64,000 bases of DNA from Erysipelotrichaceae bacterium (GTDB lineage Bacteria > Bacillota_I > Bacilli_A > RFN20 > CAG-826). The stretch's first letter is position 1. Each line of letters begins with the position of its first letter. A model generated the notes under the pieces. It saw nothing but the letters and a program-made list of their open reading frames with translations, ran no database searches and was not told the origin of the DNA. A program made the position numbers and the translations under genes. The DNA lies in assembly GCA_012744375.1 (NCBI GenBank), contig JAAYCD010000093.1, positions 226 through 64,225 on the forward strand, read 5' to 3'. Shown piece after piece: positions 19,442 to 31,437 of this stretch.

Positions 19442-20632
19442 TTATTTCTTGATTATTTCTAAAACAATTTCAATCATCTTTTCAAATAATTGAACTGATA
19501 AAAACTCAAATCGTCCGTGATGATTGGCGCTTCCAGTGCCTAGGTTTGGAGTGACCAAACCCATCTTGGAGAATGTGGCACCATCGGTGCCGCCTTTGAT
19601 GCGTGTAAATTTTGGTTCAATACCAAGACGCTTCATCGCTTCAACAGCTTTGATAACTGGACGAGGATCTTTATCTACATATTTTTTCATGTTTTCGTAT
19701 TGTTCACTAATTGATACTTCAATCTTTGCAGTTGGATATTTTTTTGCCAAATTATCACGAACAGCATAAATTTTTGCATCTAATTGTTCCAACTTCTCAC
19801 GGCTAAAATTTCTCAAAATTGCAGTAAATTCAGTTTTTTCGCTAGAGCCATTAGCGGTGTTTAAATGCCAATAACCTTCATCTGCATAAAAAGGAGTTTC
19901 TTTTTCTGGAAGTGCACAAATAAATTCAGATTGAATTTGTAAGGCATTTACCAAGGTATTAATTCCTTCTCCGGGATGAACTGCGACACCAGTAATTTGA
20001 ACTTTCAATTGCTGAGCATTAAAGTTTTCAAAGTCGATATGGTCAACCGCTCCGCCATCGATTGTGTAGGCGTAATCTGCTTTCATTTTCTCTAAGGAGA
20101 AGTACTTTGGACCACGTCCAATTTCTTCATCAACCGTGAAAGCAATAGCTAAAGGATGATGCTTAAAATCAGGATTTTGGTTTAGGTAATCGAGTACGCC
20201 CATGATAATGGCGATACCAGCTTTATCATCTGCGCCTAAAAGGGTGTTGCCACCAGTGACTACTAAATCATGGCCAATTACTTGTTTCATAAATGGGAAT
20301 TGTTCTAATGAAATTTTGTACTCATCGTTTAAAATGATATCTTTACCGTCCCATTTCTCGACAATTCTTGGATTAACTCCAGCATTAGTGACTTCTAACG
20401 CAGTATCTACGTGTGCATTAAGGCCAATGACTTCACCTTCACCATCTAAGTGTGCGTAAACAACGCCATATTCGTCCATATAAGCGTCTTTCAAGCCAAG
20501 CTCCTTCAATTCTTTGACTAAGAGCCGACTAAGATCTTTTTGTTTCTCAGTAGATGGAACAGTAAGACTGTTCTCATCGGCTTGAGTATCAATTTTTGCA
20601 TATCTTATAAATCTTTCAATGTTCTTATTCAT
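19442..20632 (-). CDS. pepT: peptidase T (tripeptide aminopeptidase, M20B)
   Basis: RFIRYAKIDTQ, AHVDT, TLLGADDKAG, DEEIGRG, AYTIDGG, ENFNA, GGTDGA, PNLGTG..NHHGRFEF. Confidence 0.95.
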   Translation of the reverse strand: MNKNIERFIRYAKIDTQADENSLTVPSTEKQKDLSRLLVKELKELGLKDAYMDEYGVVYAHLDGEGEVIGLNAHVDTALEVTNAGVNPRIVEKWDGKDIILNDEYKISLEQFPFMKQVIGHDLVVTGGNTLLGADDKAGIAIIMGVLDYLNQNPDFKHHPLAIAFTVDEEIGRGPKYFSLEKMKADYAYTIDGGAVDHIDFENFNAQQLKVQITGVAVHPGEGINTLVNALQIQSEFICALPEKETPFYADEGYWHLNTANGSSEKTEFTAILRNFSREKLEQLDAKIYAVRDNLAKKYPTAKIEVSISEQYENMKKYVDKDPRPVIKAVEAMKRLGIEPKFTRIKGGTDGATFSKMGLVTPNLGTGSANHHGRFEFLSVQLFEKMIEIVLEIIKK

Positions 20633-20729
20633 AATGGCACCCCCTATATGAGCAATATTATATATTGTTAAGCCGACAATAGTGATAATTTTTATTTGCT
20701 TAAATAATAATAATCGTTAGAATAGTTGT

Positions 20730-21314
20730 ATGATTGAAGAAATCGAAGTAAAAAGAAAATATTATCAAATCATTGAACAAATTGGCGATCGCTCATTCAA
20801 AGTCATGAGAAAAGACAAACTTTATTTCTTAAAGAAATTTGAGGGTGACAACAAAGGATTTGAACATTTCATTGATTGTGAACATCGTTTAAGAGTATCT
20901 GGGGTTGTCTCACCAAAATGCCAAATCTACGATAAAAAAACAATGATTGCAGTTGTTGATTATATTGAAGGCGAAAACTGTTTTGATATGTTGCAAAAAG
21001 GCAACTTACCAGAATCAATTATTGAACTTTTATTCAAGACATTTTGGTACGCAAAAAACGATAAAATTGCTTTAGATTATCGTCCAGAAAACTTTGTTTA
21101 CGCGAATGAAAAATTATATTATCTCCCATATAATTGTGGCAAATATTTAAGTAATGAATCTTTTATTCAACACGATATTCGCCTTTGGTTTATTACCAAA
21201 GAATTTATCAAATATTGCCATGAAAAACGCGTCGATATTAATCAATCCATGTTGAAATCTGATTATGAAGTTAACAAAAATATTGCTTTGATGACTGTAA
21301 AATATTATAGATAG
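20730..21314 (+). CDS. protein-kinase-like fold protein (RIO/Bud32/Kdo-like), possibly atypical
   Basis: YFLKK, VVDYIEG, LDYRPENF catalytic-loop-like motif; no DFG-like Asp (LYYLPY). Confidence 0.55.
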   Translation: MIEEIEVKRKYYQIIEQIGDRSFKVMRKDKLYFLKKFEGDNKGFEHFIDCEHRLRVSGVVSPKCQIYDKKTMIAVVDYIEGENCFDMLQKGNLPESIIELLFKTFWYAKNDKIALDYRPENFVYANEKLYYLPYNCGKYLSNESFIQHDIRLWFITKEFIKYCHEKRVDINQSMLKSDYEVNKNIALMTVKYYR

Positions 21315-21328
21315 GAAGGTTGCTAAAC

Positions 21329-21850
21329 GTGGAAAATAAGTATGTAAAATTGATTACTAGTCGCGTGAGTTGCCGAACTTATACGGAAAAACGAGTGCCT
21401 ATTAAGAAGGTACTTGCGATTGCAGAAGCAGGAAAATATGCGCCTAGTGCGAGAAATCGTCAAATTTGTAACATTTATGTTATAAAAAATGCATCAAAAG
21501 TTGAAAAATTGCGCAACTTGTCAATTGAACTTTCTCCTCGCGGTGATTGTATGTACGGAGCAAAAACTGTCATTTTGGTCGCTGGACCACGCGAAGACGC
21601 TTTTACCGATAAAGATGGCGCATGTATTTTAGAAAATATGTTTTTAGCCGCGCATGGTTTGGGTCTAGGCTCTTGCTGGATCAATCAATTTGACGATTTG
21701 TTAAATACTCCGAAAGGCTTAAAAATTAAAAAATCTTTTGGAATTCCCGAAGATTTTAAGGTCGTTGGTGCTTGTATTGTTGGCTATGCAAAAGAAGGGG
21801 TTTCTTTAAATATTAAAGAAAGAAAAGTCGATTTTATCAAGGTAATATAG
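21329..21850 (+). CDS. nitroreductase family protein
   Basis: SRVSCRTY, AGKYAPSARNRQ, ENMFLAAHGLGLGSCWI; GTG start after AGGAAGG (TTG 21320 alternative). Confidence 0.9.
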   Translation: MENKYVKLITSRVSCRTYTEKRVPIKKVLAIAEAGKYAPSARNRQICNIYVIKNASKVEKLRNLSIELSPRGDCMYGAKTVILVAGPREDAFTDKDGACILENMFLAAHGLGLGSCWINQFDDLLNTPKGLKIKKSFGIPEDFKVVGACIVGYAKEGVSLNIKERKVDFIKVI

Positions 21851-21945
21851 TATCGTAAGAAAATCACTTGCAAAAAGCAAAAAGATTATAAACGTTATTA
21901 GCGTTTACTTGCTAAAATAGATTCATATTTAGGAGATTTTTTATA

Positions 21946-23367
21946 ATGAAAAAAGTAGTTACTAATCCTTATCTACCAAATTTTGAGTATATCCCCGATG
22001 GTGAACCACATGTGTTCAACGGACGTGTCTACGTTTATGGTTCACACGATCGTTTTGGTGGTAACAATTTCTGCATGAATGACTATGTTACTTGGTCCGC
22101 TCCAGTTGATGATTTATCCGATTGGCGTTATGAAGGCGTTATTTGGAGAAAAAAAGACGACCCAACAACCAATGGCAAGAGAGTGTTTTATGCTCCAGAT
22201 GTTTGCCAAGGTCCAGATGGTAAATTTTATTTATACTATTGCCCAGTTCAAGGTCTCACCAGCGGATCATTTGTTATCAACTGTGCCGTTGCTGATAACC
22301 CTGCCGGTCCATTTAAATATCATGGCAATGTCGATTTAAGCAAATGGAACAAAACCTATCTTCCTTTTGACCCAGGTGTGTATGTGGAAGATGGTCGCGT
22401 TTATTTATATTATGGTTCTGCCATGTTTTATCCATTACTCGACGTCCGCAATAAATCTATTAAAGGTGGTGCGGTTGTTGAATTAGATCCAAAAGACATG
22501 TTGACCGTCATTAATGGTCCAGTACTCACAGTTCCAACTATTAAAAACGATGTAAATAATGAATATGGTATTCACGCTTTCTTTGAAGCGAGTTCTATGC
22601 GCAAATTCAAAGGTAAATACTACTTCATTTATTCTTCTCAAGCAGGTCATGAATTATGCTACTGCATCGGTGACAATCCAATGGGACCTTTCAAGAAAGG
22701 TGGCACCTTGATTTCTAATGGTGACATTGGCTTAAATGGTCATGTCGATCCAAAAACTGCGGTCGATTTCACCGGCAATACCCACGGTTCTATGTTAGAG
22801 GCTAATGGTCGCTTTTATATCTTTGCTCATAGACAAACAAACAAATGCCAATTTTCTAGACAAGGCTTTGCAGAAGAGGTGTTTATTGAAGAAGACGGTT
22901 CTATTAAACAAGCAGAAAGAACTTCTCAAGGTTTATATGGTAAACCATTACCAGGAAAAGGCGAATACTTTGCCTCAATTTGCTGCGGTTTAAGAGCCAA
23001 AAAAGGCAATCGTTTCTACGGTATTTTCAAGTCCGGTCATAGAAAAGAACCATTCCTCACTCAACATGGCGGCGATAGAGAAGATAACCCAAACCAATAC
23101 ATTAAGAACTTTAACGATGGTTGTTCTGTCACTTACAAATACTTCGATTTGCGCAAAACCAAAACATTTGGTATTGAAGTGAATGGGTCAGCGGTTGGCA
23201 AACTTATCATGAAGTATGGTGATAAAGAAGCAGTCCAAGAAATTAACCTCAAAAAGGAAATGAAAATTATCAAATTCCCAGTCAAAAACGGTGGCGAAAA
23301 AGATAAGGTCGTCTTCATTTATGAAGGTAAAGGCGCGCTCGATTTAACCAAACTTTTCTTAGATTAA
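21946..23367 (+). CDS. glycoside hydrolase family 43 (beta-xylosidase / arabinofuranosidase-like), no signal peptide
   Basis: NPYLP..EYIPDGEPHVF..RVYVYGSHD, YAPDV, FDPGV, FFEASSMRK, GNTHGS. Confidence 0.9.
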   Translation: MKKVVTNPYLPNFEYIPDGEPHVFNGRVYVYGSHDRFGGNNFCMNDYVTWSAPVDDLSDWRYEGVIWRKKDDPTTNGKRVFYAPDVCQGPDGKFYLYYCPVQGLTSGSFVINCAVADNPAGPFKYHGNVDLSKWNKTYLPFDPGVYVEDGRVYLYYGSAMFYPLLDVRNKSIKGGAVVELDPKDMLTVINGPVLTVPTIKNDVNNEYGIHAFFEASSMRKFKGKYYFIYSSQAGHELCYCIGDNPMGPFKKGGTLISNGDIGLNGHVDPKTAVDFTGNTHGSMLEANGRFYIFAHRQTNKCQFSRQGFAEEVFIEEDGSIKQAERTSQGLYGKPLPGKGEYFASICCGLRAKKGNRFYGIFKSGHRKEPFLTQHGGDREDNPNQYIKNFNDGCSVTYKYFDLRKTKTFGIEVNGSAVGKLIMKYGDKEAVQEINLKKEMKIIKFPVKNGGEKDKVVFIYEGKGALDLTKLFLD

Positions 23368-23381
23368 TAATTAACTTAACT

Positions 23382-23407
23382 AAGCGCGGGTCAAACCGCG
23401 CTTTTTT
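23382..23407 (+). terminator. intrinsic terminator
   Basis: AAGCGCGG-gtcaaa-CCGCGCTT then TTTT. Confidence 0.85.
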
Positions 23408-23443
23408 GTTTGTTGTGGTTTTAAGTGCATTATTTTATAATGA

Positions 23444-24573
<1,130 letters not shown>

Positions 24574-24574
<1 letters not shown>

Positions 24575-25614
24575 TGGATATAAATTTATTTGATTATTAC
24601 TTGCCTGAGTCTTTAATTGCTCAGGTTCCTTGCCAACAAAGAGATCACTCGCGATTGTTGGTAGTTGATAAAGACAAGCAAACCTATGAAGATAAGATGT
24701 TTTATAATATTATTGATTACCTAATGCCCGGGGATGTTTTAGTAAGAAATAACACTAAAGTTATTCCTGCGCGTTTATTGGGTGTAAAGGAAGTTACGGG
24801 TGCGCACTGTGAATTGCTGCTTCTAAAACAACTTGAAGGTGACAACTGGGAGTGTTTAACGCGTCCCGCGAAATCCTTAAAAGTTGGTGCCAGAGTTAGT
24901 TTCGGGGAAGGCAAACTAATCGCCGAATGTCTTGAAGAAAAAGAAGAAGGTTTACGTGTCTTTAAGTTTATTTATAAAGGTATTTTTTTAGAAGTATTAG
25001 ATGCTCTAGGAAAGATGCCTCTTCCACCCTACATTAGTGAACAACTATGTCCAAATGACCGCTACCAAACTGTGTACGCAAAGAGCGAAGGAAGTGCGGC
25101 TGCGCCAACTGCTGGGTTCCATTTTACTGAAGCACTTTTCGAGCAAATAATCGCCAAAGGCATCGAAGTGGTGGACGTTACTTTACATATCGGTTTAGGA
25201 ACTTTTAGACCAGTCAAGGTAACCGACACAAAAGATCATGTTATGCACAGTGAAGCCTATGAGATTTCTCCTGAAGCCGCATGTAAACTAAACGCTGCTA
25301 AAAAAGAGAATCGCCGCATTATTTGTATTGGAACAACCTCGGTTAGAACTCTTGAAGCTAATTACACCAAATATCATGAATTTAAGGCGATGAGAGAGGC
25401 CACAAATATTTTTATTGAACCAGGTTACCGATATCAAGTTGTAGATGCTTTAATCACCAATTTTCATTTGCCTAAATCTACATTAATTATGTTGGTGTCG
25501 GCATTTATGGGAAGACAATTTACATTGGAGGTGTATCGTCATGCAGTCGAAGAGAAATACAGATTTTTCTCCTTTGGAGACGCCATGTTCATTCATGGAA
25601 AAACCCAAGGTTAA
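24574..25614 (+). CDS. queA: S-adenosylmethionine:tRNA ribosyltransferase-isomerase
   Basis: [65 protein letters not shown]. Confidence 0.97.
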
Positions 25615-26227
25615 TTACGACAAATTATTCATTGAGGAACTAGAAAAGATTAAAAAAAGTGGTGTTAAACCCACACTCCTTTTGCATGTTTGCTGTGGCC
25701 CATGTTTTACTTATCCTTATACCTTGCTTAAAGACTATTTTGATATCACTATCTTCTACAATAATTCAAACATTTTTCCAGAAAGTGAATATCATCGTCG
25801 CCTTAATGAACTCAAAGCATATTTGTTCTCAATCGGAGTCAACGTTCCAATCGTCGAAATCGCATATAACTATAACGATTTTGTGCTGGATTTATTACCC
25901 TACTCTACGCAAAAGGAAGGTCAGGACAGATGTCGTCTTTGTTTTGAAAAAAGACTAAGTCAAGCTTTTGCCTTTGCCCAAGAAAATGGCTTTGATTATT
26001 GCGGTACCGTGATGAGTATTTCACGTTTTAAAAACTCACAAATACTTAACCAAATCGGCTTAGATCTAGCCAAAAATTCTTCTAAAACAAAGTGGCTAAC
26101 CGCCGACTTTAAGAAAAACGGCGGTTATGAAAAATCGCTCGAAATGGTTAAGGAATGCAAGATGTATTTCCAAAAATATTGTGGTTGTCAGTTCTCAATC
26201 AGGCCAGAAGTCAAACCTGCAAAGTAA
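25595..26227 (+). CDS. queH: epoxyqueuosine reductase QueH (DUF208)
   Basis: [39 protein letters not shown]; follows queA. Confidence 0.9.
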   Translation: MEKPKVNYDKLFIEELEKIKKSGVKPTLLLHVCCGPCFTYPYTLLKDYFDITIFYNNSNIFPESEYHRRLNELKAYLFSIGVNVPIVEIAYNYNDFVLDLLPYSTQKEGQDRCRLCFEKRLSQAFAFAQENGFDYCGTVMSISRFKNSQILNQIGLDLAKNSSKTKWLTADFKKNGGYEKSLEMVKECKMYFQKYCGCQFSIRPEVKPAK

Positions 26228-26400
26228 GAGTTTTTTATCAAAGTTAAACATAATTTTCTCTTCACAATTTCAAAAATGAGAGGCTTAAAATGCCTTTTTT
26301 TGTTTTTTTTGAGCATATTTTTCCCCATCTAAAAAGCATTTCACGACCCCAATATTTTTGTCTTCTTACGGGCATGAAATTATATTTTATAAATAATTAG

Positions 26401-26429
26401 TTGACAGTACATACGCGTAAATGTATGAT
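26401..26429 (+). promoter_or_regulatory. sigma-A promoter of the S10 operon
   Basis: TTGACA-17 nt-TATGAT. Confidence 0.85.
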
Positions 26430-26434
26430 ATTGA

Positions 26435-26531
26435 ACGTTGACGACTCGCGTTGATGTGCGAGGTTGCTGATACACCCACAGGCGTTGTCATGAAGGTGTA
26501 TTCAGGTAATTCGTATTGAGTGAGTTAACGT
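26435..26531 (+). ncRNA. structured 5' leader of rpsJ (S10 leader-type cis-regulatory RNA)
   Basis: Nested stems ACGTTGAC..TCGC/GTGAGTTAACGT and CTGATACACC/GGTGTATTCAG; GAGGTTGCTGA.ACACCC core resembles the Bacillota rpsJ leader as I recall it. Confidence 0.65.
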
Positions 26532-26565
26532 CAAAGCCTGATAGTGATAGGAGGAAAATTAATTC

Positions 26566-26877
26566 ATGGCAAAAGTAACCAAAATTCGGGTTCGTCTTAA
26601 AGCGTATGATCATGTCAGCTTAGATTTAAGTGCTGAAAAGATTATTGCAGCGGCGAAAAACACTGGTGCAACAGTTGTCGGTCCAATTCCGCTCCCAACG
26701 GAAAAGCAAGTGTTCACCATTCTCAGAGCTGTTCACAAATACAAAGATTCTCGTGAACAATTCGAAATCAGAACACACAAGAGAATCATTGATATTCGTA
26801 ACTACCGCAAAGAAACTCTCGATTCATTAAAGAATCTTGACTTACCAGCTGGTGTAGATATCGAAATCAAACTATAG
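26566..26877 (+). CDS. rpsJ: 30S ribosomal protein S10
   Basis: [29 protein letters not shown]. Confidence 0.98.
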   Translation: MAKVTKIRVRLKAYDHVSLDLSAEKIIAAAKNTGATVVGPIPLPTEKQVFTILRAVHKYKDSREQFEIRTHKRIIDIRNYRKETLDSLKNLDLPAGVDIEIKL

Positions 26878-26890
26878 GAGGTAAGCGTTC

Positions 26891-27616
26891 ATGAAAGCAA
26901 TTATTGGCCGCAAAATGGGCATGACTCAAGTCTTCGCTGAAGATGGTCAGATCTATGCTGTGACGGTCGTGGAAGTCTTACCAAACGTTGTCACACAAGT
27001 CAAAACCGTTGAAAAAGATGGTTATGCCGCAATTCAAGTTGGTTATGAAGAATTAAAAGAATCTAGAGCCAACAAACCACAAAAAGGTATTGCTAAAAAA
27101 GCAAACACCGTCCCACATCAAGTCCACAAAGAATTAAAGGGCGATGAAATGGGTAATTATCAACTCGGTGATGTCGTCAAAGCTGACATCTTCAAAGCCG
27201 GTGATGTCGTCGATGTAATCGGCGTATCCAAAGGTCATGGTTTCACTGGTGTTATCAAACGCTGGAACCAAGCCATCGGTCCAAAATCACATGGTTCGGG
27301 TTATCACAGAGGTCCAGGTACATTTGCCAACAATGGTCGTTATAACCACGGCGTTATGCCAGGCAAACATATGGCTGGACATCATGGTAATGAATCCGCC
27401 ACAGTGCTCAATCAAATCATTATCGCTGTTGATGCTGAAAAGAACTATATCTTAGTTAAAGGTGGCATTCCAGGCCCTCGCAAGAGCATCGTCACCATTA
27501 GAACAGCAATTAAAGGTATTAAGCATCCAGAACAAATTAAAAAATTAATTAACCGCGCTCCAGCGGTTGCTGAAGTTCCTGCAGAAGAAGAAGCAGTAGC
27601 TGAAGCAGCAGAATAA
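26891..27616 (+). CDS. rplC: 50S ribosomal protein L3
   Basis: GRKMGMTQVF, DGYAAIQVG, SKGHGFTGVIKRW; acidic C-terminal tail. Confidence 0.98.
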   Translation: MKAIIGRKMGMTQVFAEDGQIYAVTVVEVLPNVVTQVKTVEKDGYAAIQVGYEELKESRANKPQKGIAKKANTVPHQVHKELKGDEMGNYQLGDVVKADIFKAGDVVDVIGVSKGHGFTGVIKRWNQAIGPKSHGSGYHRGPGTFANNGRYNHGVMPGKHMAGHHGNESATVLNQIIIAVDAEKNYILVKGGIPGPRKSIVTIRTAIKGIKHPEQIKKLINRAPAVAEVPAEEEAVAEAAE

Positions 27617-27637
27617 AACGGAAAGGAGAACTGAAAT

Positions 27638-28276
27638 ATGGCAGAAAAGAAAACAGTCAGTGTTAAAGTCTATAATATGGCTGGCGAAGAAGTGTCCAAA
27701 ATGACTCTTAATGCCGCAGTGTTCAACGTTGAACCACATCAACAAGTTATGTTTGATGCCGTCCAAGTTGCACAAGCCAACGCTAGACAAGCCACTGCAA
27801 AAACCAAAACCCGCCACGAAGTCAGTGGTGGTGGTAAAAAGCCCTTCCGTCAAAAAGGTACTGGCCGCGCTCGTGCCGGTTCTAGCCGCTCCCCAATTTG
27901 GGTTGGCGGTGGCACCATCTTCGGTCCAGTTGGTACTCAAAATTACAAACTTTCCCAAAACAAGAAAGAACACAAACTTGCGCTTAAATCCGCGTTAAGT
28001 TTGAAAACTAAAAACGGACTCGTCGTCGTCGATGAAATTAACTTCACCGAACTTAAAACTAAAAACTTTGTCAAATTCTTAGATGCAGTTAAGGTTGCAG
28101 GTAAAGCACTCGTCGTCGTCGATGAAATTACCGAAGGAATCTACGCTAGTGCCCGCAATGTTGGTTACGCCAAGGTTGTTACACCAGACAATGTCAGTGT
28201 TCTCGATTTATTAAATGTCGACAACCTCATCGTCTCAAAAGCTAGCATCAAAGCAATTGAGGAGGCGTTAAAGTAA
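27638..28276 (+). CDS. rplD: 50S ribosomal protein L4
   Basis: EVSGGGKKPFRQKGTGRARAGS.RSP. Confidence 0.98.
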   Translation: MAEKKTVSVKVYNMAGEEVSKMTLNAAVFNVEPHQQVMFDAVQVAQANARQATAKTKTRHEVSGGGKKPFRQKGTGRARAGSSRSPIWVGGGTIFGPVGTQNYKLSQNKKEHKLALKSALSLKTKNGLVVVDEINFTELKTKNFVKFLDAVKVAGKALVVVDEITEGIYASARNVGYAKVVTPDNVSVLDLLNVDNLIVSKASIKAIEEALK

Positions 28277-28277
28277 T

Positions 28278-28619
28278 ATGGCTAAGAAAAAAGCTGCAGC
28301 AAAAACCGAAAATCGCTTTCCAAAGGCGACCGAAAAAGACTTCGACGTTATCGTAAAGCCAATCATCACTGAAAAAGCGATGACCTTAATGCAAAACGAA
28401 AACAAAGTTACCTTAAAGGTGTTACCAACTGCCACGAAGGTTGAAATCAAATTAGCGTTTGAAAGAATCTTCCAAGTGAAAGTTGATGAAGTCAAAGTCT
28501 CAAATCAAAAACCAAAATTAACCACTAGAGGCACCAGATTCTCTGGCAAAATCTCTGGTTATAAAAAGGCCGTTGTCACCGTCGCAGAAGGTGAAGCCAT
28601 CGACCTTTTCAAAGAATAA
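28278..28619 (+). CDS. rplW: 50S ribosomal protein L23
   Basis: PIITEKA, ATKVEIK.A.E.IF.VKV, YKKAVVT. Confidence 0.96.
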   Translation: MAKKKAAAKTENRFPKATEKDFDVIVKPIITEKAMTLMQNENKVTLKVLPTATKVEIKLAFERIFQVKVDEVKVSNQKPKLTTRGTRFSGKISGYKKAVVTVAEGEAIDLFKE

Positions 28620-28657
28620 GGAAATAACTTATTCCGCAATTATAGGAGGACAAAATA

Positions 28658-29491
28658 ATGTCAATTAGAACGTACAAGCCTACGACTCCAAGCCGTAGAA
28701 ACATGACAAATTCGACATTTGGTGAAATCACCAAAACCGCTCCTGAGAAAAGTTTATTAGTCAGTTTATCCAAATCTGGTGGAAGAAATAATCAAGGTGT
28801 CATCACCTGCCGCCACATTGGTGGAGGTCATAAACGTAAATATCGTATTATTGACTTCAAACGTAATAAAGATGGCATCCCAGCGGTCGTAAAAACAATC
28901 GAATATGATCCAAACCGTAACGCCAACATCTGCTTAGTTAGCTATTTAGATGGTGAAAAGCGTTATATTATCGCCCCAAAAGATATCAAAGTTGGTCAAA
29001 AAATCATCTCTGGTGATACTGTTGATATCGTCACTGGTAATGCTTGCGCACTCGCGAATATTCCAGAAGGTACATTAATCCACAACATCGAATTAGTTCC
29101 TGGCAGAGGTGGCCAAATGTGTAGAGCCGCCGGCGCTAGCGCCCAAGTCCTTGGTAAAGAAGGTAAATATGTTTTGCTTCGCTTAACCTCTGGTGAAGTG
29201 CGCAAAGTGTTAGGTACTTGCCGCGCCACAATCGGCTCGGTCGGTAATGATGATTGGAACTTAGTCAATCTTGGCAAAGCCGGCAAAACCCGTTGGTATG
29301 GTGTAAGACCAACCGTTCGTGGTAGTGCGATGAACCCAAACGATCACCCTCATGGTGGCGGTGAAGGTAAATCACCAGTCGGTCGCGATGCACCAAGAAC
29401 CCCATGGGGTAAACGTGCATTAGGTGTCAGAACACGCAACAAGAAAAAAGCATCCGGCAAATTAATCGTCAGACGTCGGAACGCTAAGTAA
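28658..29491 (+). CDS. rplB: 50S ribosomal protein L2
   Basis: [38 protein letters not shown]. Confidence 0.99.
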   Translation: MSIRTYKPTTPSRRNMTNSTFGEITKTAPEKSLLVSLSKSGGRNNQGVITCRHIGGGHKRKYRIIDFKRNKDGIPAVVKTIEYDPNRNANICLVSYLDGEKRYIIAPKDIKVGQKIISGDTVDIVTGNACALANIPEGTLIHNIELVPGRGGQMCRAAGASAQVLGKEGKYVLLRLTSGEVRKVLGTCRATIGSVGNDDWNLVNLGKAGKTRWYGVRPTVRGSAMNPNDHPHGGGEGKSPVGRDAPRTPWGKRALGVRTRNKKKASGKLIVRRRNAK

Positions 29492-29511
29492 TCGCGAAAG
29501 GAGAATAAATT

Positions 29512-29805
29512 ATGGCAAGAAGTTTGAAAAAAGGTGCATTCGTCGATGATTCATTAATGAAAAAAGTCGAAGCCTTGAACGCAAAAAACAAAAAAGAAGT
29601 CATCAAGACTTGGTCACGCCGTTCTACTATCTACCCATCATTCGTGGGTCATACATTCGCGGTTTATAATGGTAAAGAACACATCTCTGTTTATGTGACA
29701 GAAGATATGGTCGGACACAAATTAGGTGAATTTTCTCCAACAAGAAAATTCGCTGGACATACAGGCCACACTGCTGAAGATAAAGCAGCAAAAGCCGGTA
29801 AATAG
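29512..29805 (+). CDS. rpsS: 30S ribosomal protein S19
   Basis: [27 protein letters not shown]. Confidence 0.98.
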   Translation: MARSLKKGAFVDDSLMKKVEALNAKNKKEVIKTWSRRSTIYPSFVGHTFAVYNGKEHISVYVTEDMVGHKLGEFSPTRKFAGHTGHTAEDKAAKAGK

Positions 29806-29819
29806 TAGGAGGACTAATC

Positions 29820-30329
29820 ATGGCAGAAGAAAAGAAAGCTCCTAAAAAAGCTAAAAAAGTCGTCGAACCAGTAGTTGAAGAAACAGCTGCTCCAGTCGTC
29901 GAAGAAAAGAAAGCTCCAAAGAAAGCCGCTCCTAAAAAAGCTGCAAAGGTTGCTAAAGAAGAGGCAAAACCAGCCGCTCCAAAAAAGCCAATGCCAACTG
30001 AGGCAAAAGCTCATGCGAAAAATGTCAAAGTCACTCCTCGTAAAGTGCGTCTAGTCATTGATCTCGTAAGAGGCTTACCAGTTAAGCAAGCATTAGGCAT
30101 TCTTGCAAACGTTAACCGTGCCGCTAGCGAACCAGTCATGAAAGTGATTAAATCCGCAGCCGCTAACGCCGTCAACAACTTCGGTATGGATGAAGCCACT
30201 CTATACATCGCGGAAATCTATGCAAATGATGGCTTAAGATTAAAACGTTATATGCCAAGAGCAAAAGGTTCTGCATCAGGCTTAGTCAAACGCAGTTCCA
30301 ACATCACCGTCGTGGTGAAAATGAAATAG
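29820..30329 (+). CDS. rplV: 50S ribosomal protein L22 with ~58-aa Lys/Ala/Pro-rich N-terminal extension
   Basis: TPRKVRLVIDLVRG, KSAAANA.NN, KRYMPRAKG; GGAGG SD before ATG 29820. Confidence 0.97.
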   Translation: MAEEKKAPKKAKKVVEPVVEETAAPVVEEKKAPKKAAPKKAAKVAKEEAKPAAPKKPMPTEAKAHAKNVKVTPRKVRLVIDLVRGLPVKQALGILANVNRAASEPVMKVIKSAAANAVNNFGMDEATLYIAEIYANDGLRLKRYMPRAKGSASGLVKRSSNITVVVKMK

Positions 30330-30341
30330 GAGGAAATCGTA

Positions 30342-31019
30342 ATGGGTCAAAAAGTTAATCCGGTAGGCTTAAGAGTTGGCATCAATAAGAATTGGAATTC
30401 TCGTTGGTTCGCAAACGACAAAGAATACCACGTCTTCTTAAATGAAGATATCAAAGTCCGTGATTTCCTCGTTGTAAAACTCAAAGAAGCTTTATTATCT
30501 CACGTTGAAATCGAAAGAATTAAGACTGACAAGGGTTATACAGTTGTCGTCATGATCTTCGTCGCCCGTCCGGGTGTCGTTATCGGTCAAGATGGCAAGA
30601 ATATCAATGAATTAAAAGAACAATTAACCAAGTTGTTAAATAACAGCGAAGTGCGTATCGATGTCGTCGAAGTCAAAAATCCTGACCTAGATGCCAACAT
30701 CGTCGCTCAAGAAATCGCTAAACAACTAGAAGAAAGAGCAAGTTTCAGAACCGCGCAAAAAAGAGCGATTCAAAGAGTCCGTAAATCTGGCGCTAAAGGT
30801 ATCAAAACCGAAGTCAGTGGCCGTTTAGGCGGCAATGATATCGCCCGTTCAGAAGGCTATCGCGAAGGTATCATTCCTCTTCACACATTAAGAAGTGATA
30901 TTGACTATGCGTGTGTACACGCTGCTACACAATATGGCCGTTTAGGCGTTAAAGTGTGGATTTGTCGTGGTGAAATTCGTCCTGAACTCCAAAAGAAAAA
31001 TTCTGAGAAAGGAGAATAG
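30342..31019 (+). CDS. rpsC: 30S ribosomal protein S3
   Basis: [36 protein letters not shown]. Confidence 0.98.
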   Translation: MGQKVNPVGLRVGINKNWNSRWFANDKEYHVFLNEDIKVRDFLVVKLKEALLSHVEIERIKTDKGYTVVVMIFVARPGVVIGQDGKNINELKEQLTKLLNNSEVRIDVVEVKNPDLDANIVAQEIAKQLEERASFRTAQKRAIQRVRKSGAKGIKTEVSGRLGGNDIARSEGYREGIIPLHTLRSDIDYACVHAATQYGRLGVKVWICRGEIRPELQKKNSEKGE

Positions 31020-31021
31020 TC

Positions 31022-31432
31022 ATGTTACAACCAAAACGCGTTAAATATCGCCGTCCACATATCATCAAATATGAAGGACACTGCAAATCCTCACCAAAAG
31101 TGGCATTTGGCGAACTTGGTTTGCAAGCCGCTGAAGGCGCTTGGATTACCACCCGTCAAATTGAAGCAGCTCGTATTGTCCTCTCTCGTTACACCAAAAG
31201 AGGTGGCAAAATCTGGATTAGAATCTTCCCACATTTAGCCAAAACAAAAAAACCTGCCGAAGTCCGTATGGGTTCTGGTAAAGGTGCTCCAGAAGATTGG
31301 GTAGCCGTTGTTAGACAAGGCTGTGTCATGTTTGAAATCGCCGGTGTCGACGAAGAAGATATGAGAGAAGCTCTCCGTTTAGCGGCATATAAACTCCCTA
31401 TTAAATGTAAAGTTATTAAGAAAGGTGAGTAA
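31022..31432 (+). CDS. rplP: 50S ribosomal protein L16
   Basis: [26 protein letters not shown]. Confidence 0.98.
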   Translation: MLQPKRVKYRRPHIIKYEGHCKSSPKVAFGELGLQAAEGAWITTRQIEAARIVLSRYTKRGGKIWIRIFPHLAKTKKPAEVRMGSGKGAPEDWVAVVRQGCVMFEIAGVDEEDMREALRLAAYKLPIKCKVIKKGE

Positions 31433-31437
31433 TAGTT

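Noticed and set aside
21890..21910. cre/LacI-like site (AAACGTTATTAGCGTTT) upstream of the GH43 gene
   Set aside because: Weak match and no regulator nearby; cannot be supported
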